From an uncultured Flavobacteriaceae bacterium (GTDB taxonomy: Bacteria; Pseudomonadota; Alphaproteobacteria; Micropepsales; Micropepsaceae): a DNA stretch of 64,000 nucleotides. The translations under genes were made by a program, and so were the position numbers. A model generated the notes under the pieces. The model saw nothing but the letters and a program-made list of their open reading frames with translations. It ran no database searches and was not told where the DNA came from. Of this stretch, positions 28,435 to 37,720 are shown piece after piece (within the stretch, counting starts at the first letter, position 1; each line of letters opens with the position of its first letter). The DNA lies in the NCBI GenBank assembly GCA_964647355.1, contig CAZYGK010000006.1, forward strand, positions 1,215 through 65,214, given 5' to 3'.

Positions 28435-29094
28435 ATGCCTGACGTGATTTTCGCCGGACCTGCCGGGCGCCTAGAAGGCAAATACCAGCATCAGAAGCAC
28501 AAGTCGGCACCGATCGCACTCATCCTGCACCCGCACCCGCAGCACGGCGGCACGATGAACAATCCCGTCTCGTACGAGATGTTCTACTGCTTCCAGCGGC
28601 GCGGCTGCTCGGTGCTACGCTTCAATTTCCGCGGCGTCGGCCGCAGCCAGGGCACGTTCGACGGCGGTATCGGCGAACTCTCGGACGCTGCCGCAGCACT
28701 CGACTGGCTGCAGATGATGAACCCAGGCGCGCAGACTTGCTGGGTCGCGGGCTTCTCGTTCGGCGCCTGGATCGGCATGCAGCTCTTGATGCGCCGCCCC
28801 GAAATCCACGCATTCATTTCCGTCGCGCCGCCCGCGAACATCTACGACTTCACGTTCTTGGCGCCCTGCCCCGCGTCGGGCCTGATCGTCCACGGCCGCA
28901 ACGACCAAGTGTCGCCGGAAGCCGATGTACAGAAGCTGGTGGACCGCCTGAACGCGCAACGAGGGATCAAGATCACGCAGGTCAAGATCGAAGGCGCGAA
29001 CCACTTCTTCGACCAAAACCGCCCCGACCTCGTGAAATCGATCGAAGACTACCTCGACATGCGCATGCCGCCGGTCGAGGAACCAACCGTTTAG
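28435..29094 (+). CDS. Alpha/beta-fold hydrolase (small, single-domain)
   Basis: GAGGTGA lies upstream. The nucleophile elbow is GFSFG (GxSxG). The LHPHPQHGG block and a C-terminal His (GANHFF) are also present. Confidence 0.75.
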   Translation: MPDVIFAGPAGRLEGKYQHQKHKSAPIALILHPHPQHGGTMNNPVSYEMFYCFQRRGCSVLRFNFRGVGRSQGTFDGGIGELSDAAAALDWLQMMNPGAQTCWVAGFSFGAWIGMQLLMRRPEIHAFISVAPPANIYDFTFLAPCPASGLIVHGRNDQVSPEADVQKLVDRLNAQRGIKITQVKIEGANHFFDQNRPDLVKSIEDYLDMRMPPVEEPTV

Positions 29095-29104
29095 GACGAC
29101 GCCT

Positions 29105-30355
29105 ATGAGCGCGTTCCGCTCCGCCTTTATGAACGAGTTCGCCGCGCGCGGGCACCTGCATCAATGCACGAACGAGGAAGGCCTCGACGCGCTGATGGCG
29201 AAGGAGCGGGTCGCGGGCTACATCGGCTTCGACTGCACCGCGCCCAGCCTGCATATCGGCAACCTGACGCAGATCATGCGCCTGCGCGTGCTGCAGCGCA
29301 GCGGCCACAAGCCCATCGTCGTGGTCGGCGGCGGAACGACGAAGGTCGGCGACCCCTCCGGCAAGGACGAAACGCGCCAGCTCCTGACCGACGCCGTGAT
29401 CGAGGCAAACAAAGAACGCCACAAAGAAATCTACCGCCGCTTCTTGAAGTTCGGCGACGGGCCCACCGACGCGATCATGGTCGACAACGCCGAGTGGCTC
29501 GACAAGCTCGAATATGTGCCATTTCTGCGCGACATCGGGCGCCACTTCACGATCAACCGCATGATCACGATGGACAGCGTGAAGCTCCGGCTCGACCGCG
29601 AGCAGCCGCTGACGTTCCTCGAATTCAACTACATGATCATGCAGTCCTACGATTTTGTGGAACTGTTCCGCCGCTATGGCTGCCGCCTGCAGATGGGCGG
29701 CTCTGACCAATGGGGCAACATCGTCTCCGGCATCGACCTCGCGCGCCGCACTGACAACGCGGAGCTGTTCGGCCTGACCTCGCCGCTGATCACCACGTCG
29801 TCGGGCGCCAAGATGGGCAAGTCGGTGTCGGGCGCCGTGTGGCTCTCGGCCGACATGCTGTCGCCCTACGAGTATTGGCAGTACTGGCGCAACGTGGAAG
29901 ATGCCGACGTCGGCCGCTTCCTGCGCATCTTCACGGACATGCCGTTGCACGAAATCGCGCGCCTTGAGGCCTTGCAAGGCGCCGAACTCAACGATGCCAA
30001 GAAAGTGCTCGCCACCGAAGCAACTGCGCTGTGCCATGGGCGCGCCGCCGCCGACCAAGCGGCAGAGACGGCACGCCAAACATTTGTCGAAGGCGCCACC
30101 TCGGCGAACCTGCCCACCGTCGAAGTCCCGAAGGCGGAGATTGCCGGCGGCATCGGCGTCCTCGCGGCCTTCACACGCGCGGGCCTCACGTCGTCGAACG
30201 GCGACGCGCGGCGTCAGATCGCCGGCGGCGGTTTGCGCGTGAACGACGAAGCGGTGACGGACGACAAACTAACGCTGAACGCACAGCACCTGCGTGACGG
30301 CGTCATCAAGCTGTCGCTGGGCAAGAAAAAGCACGTTCTTCTGCGCCAGACCTAG
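29105..30355 (+). CDS. tyrS: Tyrosine--tRNA ligase
   Basis: The HIGH-type motif is in [14 protein letters not shown] and the KMSKS-type motif is KMGKS. The C-terminus carries an S4-like domain ([18 protein letters not shown]). Confidence 0.95.
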   Translation: MSAFRSAFMNEFAARGHLHQCTNEEGLDALMAKERVAGYIGFDCTAPSLHIGNLTQIMRLRVLQRSGHKPIVVVGGGTTKVGDPSGKDETRQLLTDAVIEANKERHKEIYRRFLKFGDGPTDAIMVDNAEWLDKLEYVPFLRDIGRHFTINRMITMDSVKLRLDREQPLTFLEFNYMIMQSYDFVELFRRYGCRLQMGGSDQWGNIVSGIDLARRTDNAELFGLTSPLITTSSGAKMGKSVSGAVWLSADMLSPYEYWQYWRNVEDADVGRFLRIFTDMPLHEIARLEALQGAELNDAKKVLATEATALCHGRAAADQAAETARQTFVEGATSANLPTVEVPKAEIAGGIGVLAAFTRAGLTSSNGDARRQIAGGGLRVNDEAVTDDKLTLNAQHLRDGVIKLSLGKKKHVLLRQT

Positions 30356-33300
30356 TTGGTCTTCGTTTCCGCCGGAATAGCACTCTTCTTCTGGACGTCC
30401 GGCTTGGGTTCGGGCTGCGGTGCCGCCATCGGCGCTGCAGCTTGTGGCGTCGGTCCCATTTGGAAGATCCTGCGCAGGAAACCCGGGGCCAGCATCGAAA
30501 CCGGATTGACCGCAACGCGAAGCTCGTCGACCTCGCCTGAAACGCGGTACGTCACGCCGAGAATGCCTTCGCCGTCGCGCGACCCCAAAATGTCGCCGAT
30601 CAGCGGCACCTCACCGAAGATGCTGTTGAGCCCGTAGAGGGGTACGATCGTACCGTTGAGGTCTATCTTGTCGGTTTCGCGGTTGATCGTTCCTTGAGCC
30701 GACAGGCCGATCGATGGCCCCGCGGCGCGCCCGCTCGTCAGCGTGATCAAGTCGCCACGCCCTTGGAACACCTGCTCGAACTTCGAAAAGGTAATCCCCT
30801 CGCCGCGCATCAGATCGTCCAACCCGGTGAACGACCCCGCAGCAAGCAGCCGCGCCAAGAACGGCTGGTTCACGACCTTGAACTTCTCGATCTTCAAAAC
30901 GCCGTCGTAAGCATTCTGCGCCTTCCCCTTACCGGGTCCCGGCACCGGCGACAAGTCGACCGCAAGCGACAGCTCGCCGCCGATCAAGCTGCGGAAACCC
31001 GAAACGCCGCGCACCATCCGCCCCGCATCGGCCGTTTGCAGCTTCAGTTTGCGCGAACCGTCTGCGCCACGCACGAGTTCGCCGCGCACGTTGGCCGCAT
31101 CCGCAGACGCATCGGCTCTGAATGCCAAGAGGTTGTCGCCGTCGGACACATACTCGTACTTGACCCCGGTGAACCAGACGTCGCCCCTGAGGTAAGCCAG
31201 ATCCATATCCGCCTTGACCGTCATCGGACGTTTCTTGTCGGCCTTCCTGGCGGCTTCGTCGTCTTCCTCCGTCTCGAGAAACCCAGCCGCGTCGATAACC
31301 TTTCCCTTGGCGTCGAACACGAAGCCAGCTTGCTCGTCGTCTCGATAGACCAGCACGAAATCGTTCCGCGGCCCAAGCTGGAGCTTCTTGAAATCCGCCT
31401 CGCGAATCTTACCCCTTCCGACTAACATGCGCCCGACCGCCTTCATGCCGGGCCCGACCGCATCGATATTTCCAATCTCCATCAGTCCGTCGGGCCTAAA
31501 CACGACATCCGCCTTGAACGTCGCGTTCGCGTCCTCGGGCTTCGCCCAGCCGAGTTCGCGTGCCACCAGCCGGGCACTCGTCAGATTGGCATCCACCTTT
31601 GCCTTCTGGAATTTCCCGCCGCGCCCGGTGAACGCAGCAACGACCGTGGTCTTCCCTTCGACATACCGTCCGATGTCGATGCCCAGCGCCGCGCGATGCG
31701 CCGTATTCAGCGTCCCGGTCACATCGAGGCGCGTGCCGATAGCGGCCGTACCCGTAAAATCCTCGGTCCACGTAAAGCCCATCGGCGCCGTATTCACCTG
31801 CACCGCGCCGTGCGCCTTGAAGCCCTTGGTGTTCAGCTTGATATTGAAGACGCCGCCCGTCAGCCGCAGATGCTCGTTGATCGGCAGCTTCACGTCTTTG
31901 AATTGACCGTCGACATCGATGGTCACATCGTCGGCCTTCAAGTCCCTCAGCATCGGAATGCCGAACGTAAACGAGGCATTCGCCGAACCGCCCGACTCTG
32001 CGACCTTGATGCCGTACCGGGAGGGATAGCCGAGCCTCGGCCGGTCGAGAAGCTCCAACAAGTCACGCGTCGGACCCGTAACATTTCCGGTGATCGTCCC
32101 GACCGTCCCGCGCTGATGGAGCGTCGGAATGACGAACGACCCGCCTCCTATGGTGAGCCTCCCAATGGTGCCGCTGGTCAGATCTACTTTGAACGTGTCG
32201 CCCTGCGCCGTCGCGGTGCCCTTCACGTTCGTCATATCGGGCAAACCGTCGAGATAGGTGAACCGCATCCGCTCCATGTTGAGCACGATGGTCATCATCT
32301 CGTCGGGAATCTTGCCGCCGACGATCGCACCCGGCGCAATGTTCACGGCGACGGTACCGTTGGGAACGACCCCTTCGTGCGCGTTGGCGATCAACCACTC
32401 GCGCGCCCCCGGCGCGGCACCCGCCGGCCACAAACGCTTCATGTTCGCGACCGTCATGTTCCTGAACCCGCCGTTCAAGATCACGCCGGTCGATACGGGA
32501 TGATCCTGCATCGATCCCGTCAATGTCAGATCGAAGTCGCCCTTCGAGGCATGAATTTCCTCGATCGTCAGATGCTCGCGCGGCGCATCGAAAGCCGCCC
32601 TGAGCTTCATCGTCTCCAGCGCAAGACCGCCCTCGAAAACATTCGGCGCGTCGATGAAGATGTTCTCGGCCGTCCAGTCGGCGGTCAGCGTCTGCAAGGC
32701 CCCGTCGGCGGCGAACGCAAACGCACCGTCACCGGTGACCTTCCCGCGGATCGTTTTTCCGACCCACGTCATTTCCTCGATCGAATACCGCTCGGAGGGA
32801 AAATCCATCTCGACGGTCAACGCGGCACTCTTCAGATGAATGGGCTCGGGCTTCAGCGCCGGAAGCTTGAGCGAACCGGTTCCCGCATTGAGCCAAAGCT
32901 TGCAGCGCCCCATCTGCCCGGAAATCGCCAGGTCGCACGTGGCGTTGCCGTGCACGGGGATATTGAAGCCCTGCAAAGCCTTGAGCCCGCTGCCGCTTGC
33001 CGCCAATACGCTGAGGCGCACCGGCTTGAAGGCCGCCTCCAGCGATACGCTCTGGGCGCCCTTCTGGTACCGTGCCGCAGCGGTAAACAACCACGTGGAC
33101 TTGTCCTGTAGCCGGACCGGCGCATTCACCGTCACCACGACGCCGCCGGGCTTTCGATCGAAGACCAACGACGCCTTCTCCGCCGTCCAATACGACTTCG
33201 TCTCCTCGTCGAACAGTTTGAGCTTGGCGTTCACGATCGCGATGCGCGTGAGGTAGCGCGATAGCTTGTCTTCCGCCTTCGGATTGAGCATCGCATCGAG

Positions 33301-33780
33301 CACGGCCTTCGTGACCCCGGAGGATGCCCCGTCCTCCTTGGCCTCCGGCGGCGTATCGCCAACTTGGAGACCCAACTGAACGCCGCCATCCTTGCGCCGC
33401 ACCACCAGCGCGCTCGCGCCCGAAACTTCGACACTAATAGGTGCGAAGTCGCCGTTCATCAGCGCGGGCCCGGACAGGGCAACATTTGCCTTCGGGACGC
33501 GCGCGATCACGGTACCGCTGACGTCGGTCGCCTGGACGTTCTCGAAACGGAAATGGGCGACCTTTTGATCCTCGGTGAATTCGACGACACCGTCGCCAAG
33601 ATCCACCTGTACGCCCTTGAGACTTGAGTTGATCGCCGCCTCGATACGCGGCACCAGGAAGGAGAGCGGCACGCGGCCGCCGCTCATCAGCTGCCAGACG
33701 AACAGGCCGGCCGCGAGTACGACGACGCCCAACACGGCAGCGCCAATCCCCAACGCGATCTTTGCCGGACGACTGATCAA
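30352..33780 (-). CDS. Large AsmA-like/YhdP-family envelope protein (DUF3971-type), 1142 aa
   Basis: The protein has a single N-terminal TM segment ([23 protein letters not shown]). A very long beta-rich periplasmic region follows. The conserved C-terminal block is [36 protein letters not shown]...GVTYRVSG. The apparent start is TTG at 33780. Confidence 0.75.
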   Translation of the reverse strand: MISRPAKIALGIGAAVLGVVVLAAGLFVWQLMSGGRVPLSFLVPRIEAAINSSLKGVQVDLGDGVVEFTEDQKVAHFRFENVQATDVSGTVIARVPKANVALSGPALMNGDFAPISVEVSGASALVVRRKDGGVQLGLQVGDTPPEAKEDGASSGVTKAVLDAMLNPKAEDKLSRYLTRIAIVNAKLKLFDEETKSYWTAEKASLVFDRKPGGVVVTVNAPVRLQDKSTWLFTAAARYQKGAQSVSLEAAFKPVRLSVLAASGSGLKALQGFNIPVHGNATCDLAISGQMGRCKLWLNAGTGSLKLPALKPEPIHLKSAALTVEMDFPSERYSIEEMTWVGKTIRGKVTGDGAFAFAADGALQTLTADWTAENIFIDAPNVFEGGLALETMKLRAAFDAPREHLTIEEIHASKGDFDLTLTGSMQDHPVSTGVILNGGFRNMTVANMKRLWPAGAAPGAREWLIANAHEGVVPNGTVAVNIAPGAIVGGKIPDEMMTIVLNMERMRFTYLDGLPDMTNVKGTATAQGDTFKVDLTSGTIGRLTIGGGSFVIPTLHQRGTVGTITGNVTGPTRDLLELLDRPRLGYPSRYGIKVAESGGSANASFTFGIPMLRDLKADDVTIDVDGQFKDVKLPINEHLRLTGGVFNIKLNTKGFKAHGAVQVNTAPMGFTWTEDFTGTAAIGTRLDVTGTLNTAHRAALGIDIGRYVEGKTTVVAAFTGRGGKFQKAKVDANLTSARLVARELGWAKPEDANATFKADVVFRPDGLMEIGNIDAVGPGMKAVGRMLVGRGKIREADFKKLQLGPRNDFVLVYRDDEQAGFVFDAKGKVIDAAGFLETEEDDEAARKADKKRPMTVKADMDLAYLRGDVWFTGVKYEYVSDGDNLLAFRADASADAANVRGELVRGADGSRKLKLQTADAGRMVRGVSGFRSLIGGELSLAVDLSPVPGPGKGKAQNAYDGVLKIEKFKVVNQPFLARLLAAGSFTGLDDLMRGEGITFSKFEQVFQGRGDLITLTSGRAAGPSIGLSAQGTINRETDKIDLNGTIVPLYGLNSIFGEVPLIGDILGSRDGEGILGVTYRVSGEVDELRVAVNPVSMLAPGFLRRIFQMGPTPQAAAPMAAPQPEPKPDVQKKSAIPAETKTN

Positions 33781-33939
33781 ACGAACACCCTCAACGGCAC
33801 GCAGGCAAACTTACCCGCGCGGCCCAGAACGCCAAGCTAACACGCTCAAGCCGGACGCATACCTGACAAAGCCCCGGATGTCTTGGTTCTCGCACCGAAA
33901 ACTGCTTCAAAACCCACCTGCAACGAAAGGAGCGAACAA

Positions 33940-34410
33940 ATGGCCAAACCACTCGCGGAAGGAGATAAGGCACCGGCCTTTTCGCTAGATGCGGACGGCG
34001 CCCAAAAGGTGTCCCTCAAAGACCTCGCCGGCAAACCCGCCGTTCTGTATTTTTACCCTAAAGACGACACCCCCGGCTGCACCAAAGAAGCCATCGACTT
34101 CACGGCCGCCGCTGCCGCTTTCAAGCGGCTCGGCGCCACCATCGTTGGGGTTTCCAAGGACAGCGTGGCCGCCCACGACCGCTTCAAGAAGAAGCACAAA
34201 CTCTCCGTCGTTCTGGCCTCCGACCCCGACGGCAAAGTCATAGAATCATACGGCGCCTGGGTGGAAAAAAGCATGTACGGGCGCACCTACATGGGCATCG
34301 AGCGCTCCACGTTCTTGATCGACGGCAAGGGCCGACTGGCCAAAATCTGGCGAAAAGTGAGAGTTCCGGGCCACGTGGAAGAGGTTTTGGCCGCCGCCAA
34401 GGAGCTATGA
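33940..34410 (+). CDS. bcp: Peroxiredoxin Bcp (thioredoxin-dependent thiol peroxidase)
   Basis: The ORF track gives 33883..34410. ATG at 33940 is preceded by AAAGGAG. The active site is YFYPKDDTPGCTKEA. Confidence 0.9.
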   Translation: MAKPLAEGDKAPAFSLDADGAQKVSLKDLAGKPAVLYFYPKDDTPGCTKEAIDFTAAAAAFKRLGATIVGVSKDSVAAHDRFKKKHKLSVVLASDPDGKVIESYGAWVEKSMYGRTYMGIERSTFLIDGKGRLAKIWRKVRVPGHVEEVLAAAKEL

Positions 34411-34578
34411 GTGAATTCCTAAAAAAGATGTAAGGAATCCGCGATTTCTACAGCTTGGCGAAAAGCTTCAAATCCGTAACAATTCACAGGCTTCCCCAGT
34501 GGGCCGGGGGATGAGGTGCCGCCGGGGTTAGCCCGGAGGTCGGCATCGTCCGGCGTTGCATTTAGTTGAGGTTGTCGG

Positions 34579-35943
34579 ATGTCCCGTTTCGCGGCGCTTT
34601 CGCATCGGCTGTTCCCCCACCGCCAGTTCTACCTTCGCAGCCGCGGATCGGTGCAGTTCTTCGAGTTCACGCCTACATTCCAAATGACCGTTGCCGGTGC
34701 GACGCTCTTCATTCTGGGTTGGGTCGCCTACGCGTCGGTGGTCGTGATCTTCAAAGAGCAGATCATCACCGCAAAGGACCAACGCTACGCCAGCATGCAG
34801 GCCGCCTACGAAGGCCGCGTGTCGCAAATGCAGCTCGCCTACGACGAATTGAACGGGCTCCTGGTGCTCGCCGAAGAACGTTTTCAAAACGCAACGCGCG
34901 ACCTGGAATCGAAGCACCGCCAACTGACCGCCCTGCTCATGCAGAAGCAGGCGATGGACAAGAGCATCAAGAACGTCCGCCGCCAGGTCGCCGATATGGG
35001 CCAGTATATGGGCCCCAGCTACACCCGGCCCGAAAGCCCGGACGGCGCCAATACGCTCGTCGTTCAGATGGCTGAAGCCGAGCCCGCTATCCGTCAAGGC
35101 CGCGGCCAGGACACGATCGCCGACTCAACCTTCGCCAAGGTCATCGTCTCCGTGCAGCAACCGGCAGGCGGCGGAATTCCGGGCAAGAACCCGATCGGCA
35201 AGAACTACGTCGTCCAGCGGATCGCAGCGCTCGAAGACCGGCTGAACACGGTCAAGAAGCAGCAACTTTCGCTGCTGGGCGAACTGCGCGACTCCGCCAG
35301 CGGCCAAATCGACCGCTACGAGCGCATCGTCCAGATGACCGGCCTCAACGTCGATCAGGTCGCTCAGCAGATCGGCGCGCGCCCCTACACCGGCCGCGGC
35401 GGCCCGTTGATCGCCGAGGTCCGAGCGGCGCAGATCGATGGCGTGACCGACGAATTCGACCGGCAGTTTGCCGATATTGCAGAATCCTACGGACGCCTTG
35501 ACGCGCTCACGATCGCCGTCGCGCGCTTGCCGCTGGTGACCCCGGTCAATCACGGCTTCTACCGCTCGACCAGCGGCTTCGGCTATCGTGTCGACCCCTT
35601 CACCGGCCGGGTCGCCTTCCACTCGGGCGCCGACATGGCCGGCGAGTTTGGCACCCCAATCCTGGCAGGCGCGGCAGGCCGCGTCATCGCCGCAGAACGG
35701 CGCGGCCCCTATGGCCTGATGGTTGAGATCGACCACGGCCGCGGGATTCGTACCCGATATGGCCACCTTCAAAACGCCTTCGTGAAGGCAGGAGATCAGG
35801 TGGCTTTTCGTCAGAAAATAGCTACGATGGGCTCCAGCGGGCGGAGCACCGGACCACATCTCCACTACGAGATTTGGTTCAACGATGTTGTCCGCGATCC
35901 GACCAAGTTCTTCGATGCGGGGCGAAATGTTTTCAAAGGGTAG
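34579..35943 (+). CDS. Bitopic M23 (LytM) family peptidoglycan metallopeptidase with a coiled-coil region (LmdC-like)
   Basis: The protein has a short cytoplasmic N-terminus, a TM segment (VAGATLFILGWVAYASVVVIF) and a coiled coil. The C-terminal M23 core carries the motifs HSGADMA and GPHLHYE. Confidence 0.85.
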   Translation: MSRFAALSHRLFPHRQFYLRSRGSVQFFEFTPTFQMTVAGATLFILGWVAYASVVVIFKEQIITAKDQRYASMQAAYEGRVSQMQLAYDELNGLLVLAEERFQNATRDLESKHRQLTALLMQKQAMDKSIKNVRRQVADMGQYMGPSYTRPESPDGANTLVVQMAEAEPAIRQGRGQDTIADSTFAKVIVSVQQPAGGGIPGKNPIGKNYVVQRIAALEDRLNTVKKQQLSLLGELRDSASGQIDRYERIVQMTGLNVDQVAQQIGARPYTGRGGPLIAEVRAAQIDGVTDEFDRQFADIAESYGRLDALTIAVARLPLVTPVNHGFYRSTSGFGYRVDPFTGRVAFHSGADMAGEFGTPILAGAAGRVIAAERRGPYGLMVEIDHGRGIRTRYGHLQNAFVKAGDQVAFRQKIATMGSSGRSTGPHLHYEIWFNDVVRDPTKFFDAGRNVFKG

Positions 35944-36502
35944 CAACAAGGGCGGATCAGCGCCCACGGATCATCTTCCGGTTCCATCTTCGCGCAAGAC
36001 CATGGGAAGGGCTGCGCCGTCCATTATTTCCAATGACTTAGTGGTCATCGGAACGCTCACCTCGACGGGCGACATTCAGATCGACGGGCGCGTCGACGGC
36101 GACATCCGCTCGGGCTCGGTCACCATCGGCGAGAAGGCGAACTTCGAAGGCGAGATCGTCGCTGAGGAGTGCACGATCCGCGGCCGCGTCCAAGGCACCG
36201 TTCGCGCCCGCAAGGTCCACCTGTCCGGAACGTGTCACATGGAAGGCACGATCCTACACGAATCGCTGGCAGTCGAGATCGGCGCCTTCTTCGAAGGCAA
36301 TTGCCGCCACTGCGCAGATCCGCTCGCGGAAGTTGCCGGCAAACCGGAGCCACGCGCCTCGTTCGAACCGAAGCGCGACCTGGGCGGTCAAGCCCAAGCC
36401 CCGGCTCAACCGCAACCTGCGGCGGGCATCTTCGGCCGTCCGGGCGTGACCCGCACGACCAGCACCGGCAGCCTGCTCGGCGCGATCAAATCCGGCCAAT
36501 AA
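35927..36502 (+). CDS. Bactofilin family cytoskeletal protein
   Basis: The ORF track gives 35885..36502. ATG at 35927 (MFSKGSNK...) overlaps the end of the M23 gene by 17 nt. The DUF583 beta-helix repeats read VIGTLTSTGDIQIDGRVDGDIRSGSVTIGEKANFEGEIVAEECTIRGRVQGTV. The C-terminal tail is disordered and proline-rich. Confidence 0.85.
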   Translation: MFSKGSNKGGSAPTDHLPVPSSRKTMGRAAPSIISNDLVVIGTLTSTGDIQIDGRVDGDIRSGSVTIGEKANFEGEIVAEECTIRGRVQGTVRARKVHLSGTCHMEGTILHESLAVEIGAFFEGNCRHCADPLAEVAGKPEPRASFEPKRDLGGQAQAPAQPQPAAGIFGRPGVTRTTSTGSLLGAIKSGQ

Positions 36503-36514
36503 GCCGGCCAAGCT

Positions 36515-37649
36515 CTATTCCAGATCCTCGACAGGCGGCGCATCGGCGCCGCCTTTTAAGCGTTGGGCCAGCGAAGCCTGCATAAACGGGTCGAGCTCAC
36601 CGTCGAGCACGTCCTGCGGACTGTAGCTCTGCGCACCCGTACGCAGGTCCTTCACCAATTGGTACGGCTGCAGGACGTACGAGCGAATCTGGTGTCCCCA
36701 GCCGATGTCCGTCTTCGCGGCATTCTGCGCGTTCGCAACTGCCTCGCGCTTCTCAAGCTCAAGTTCGTAAAGACGCGACCGCAGCATTCCGAACGCTGTC
36801 GCGCGGTTTTTGTGCTGCGAGCGGTCGTTCTGACACGAGACCACGATTCCCGTCGGCATGTGCGTGATGCGGATCGCGCTTTCCGTCTTGTTCACGTGCT
36901 GGCCGCCCGCGCCGCTCGCCCGATAGGTGTCGATCCGCAGGTCCTTTTCGGCGATATCGATCTCGATCGTGTCGTCGACCACCGGATAGACCCAAACGCT
37001 GGCAAAGCTCGTGTGCCGCCGCGCGTTCGAGTCGAACGGAGAAATGCGAACAAGCCGGTGGACGCCCGACTCCGTCTTCGCCCAGCCAAAGGCGTTCTCT
37101 CCCTTGATAAGCAGCGTCGCCGACTTGATCCCGGCCTCTTCGCCCGCGCTCTCTTCTATGAAATCGACTTTGAAGCCGTGCCGCTCCGCCCACCGCGAAT
37201 ACATGCGCAACAGCATCGACGCCCAATCCTGGCTCTCCGTGCCGCCGGCGCCAGCATGGATTTCGAGATAGCAGTCGTTGCCGTCCGCCTCGCCCGAAAA
37301 TAGAGACTGCATCTCCATTTCGGCCGCTCGCGCCGCAAGCGCCTTAAGAGCGTCCTCGGACTCGCGAACCAGCCCGGCATCGCCTTCGCCCGCGGCGAGT
37401 TCGATCATCTCCACCGCGTCGCGAAACGATGTGTCGAGTCCGGTGTAGTCGCCGAGCGATTTCTCGATCTTGTTGCGCTCCCGCATAAGTTTCTGCGCGT
37501 TCGCCGAGTCGTTCCAGAACTTCGGATCTTCCGCTTTCGCGTTCAACTCATCCAGGCGCCGTCGTGCAGCGTCCGGGTCAAAGATGCCTCCTCAGCAGCG
37601 CCAGCGACTGCTGGATCTGCTCGGCGATAGTCTGCATTTCTGCGCGCAT
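36515..37649 (-). CDS. prfB: Peptide chain release factor 2, requires a programmed +1 frameshift
   Basis: Frame 0 from ATG at 37649 reads [26 protein letters not shown]. The +1 frame continues [24 protein letters not shown]..., which is the 343-aa ORF in the track. The SPF and GGQ motifs are present ([12 protein letters not shown]). Confidence 0.9.
37567..37582 (-). promoter_or_regulatory. prfB +1 frameshift site (internal SD AGGAGG, then CAT CTT TGA C)
   Basis: The minus strand reads AGGAGG-CAT-CTT-TGA-C. It has the classical slippery CTT-TGA-C with an SD-like element 3 nt upstream, as in E. coli prfB. Confidence 0.85.
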
Positions 37650-37670
37650 TGACGTTCCATTCAGGCCACG

Positions 37671-37700
37671 AAAAAGGGCGCGACTTATACCGTCGCGCCC
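37671..37700 (-). terminator. Intrinsic terminator downstream of mrcA
   Basis: The minus-strand RNA is GGGCGCGAC-GGUAUAA-GUCGCGCCC-UUUUU, a perfect 9-bp GC stem plus a U5 run. It starts 20 nt after the mrcA stop. Confidence 0.75.
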
Positions 37701-37720
37701 ACGCTATCCTCAAGCACGTT

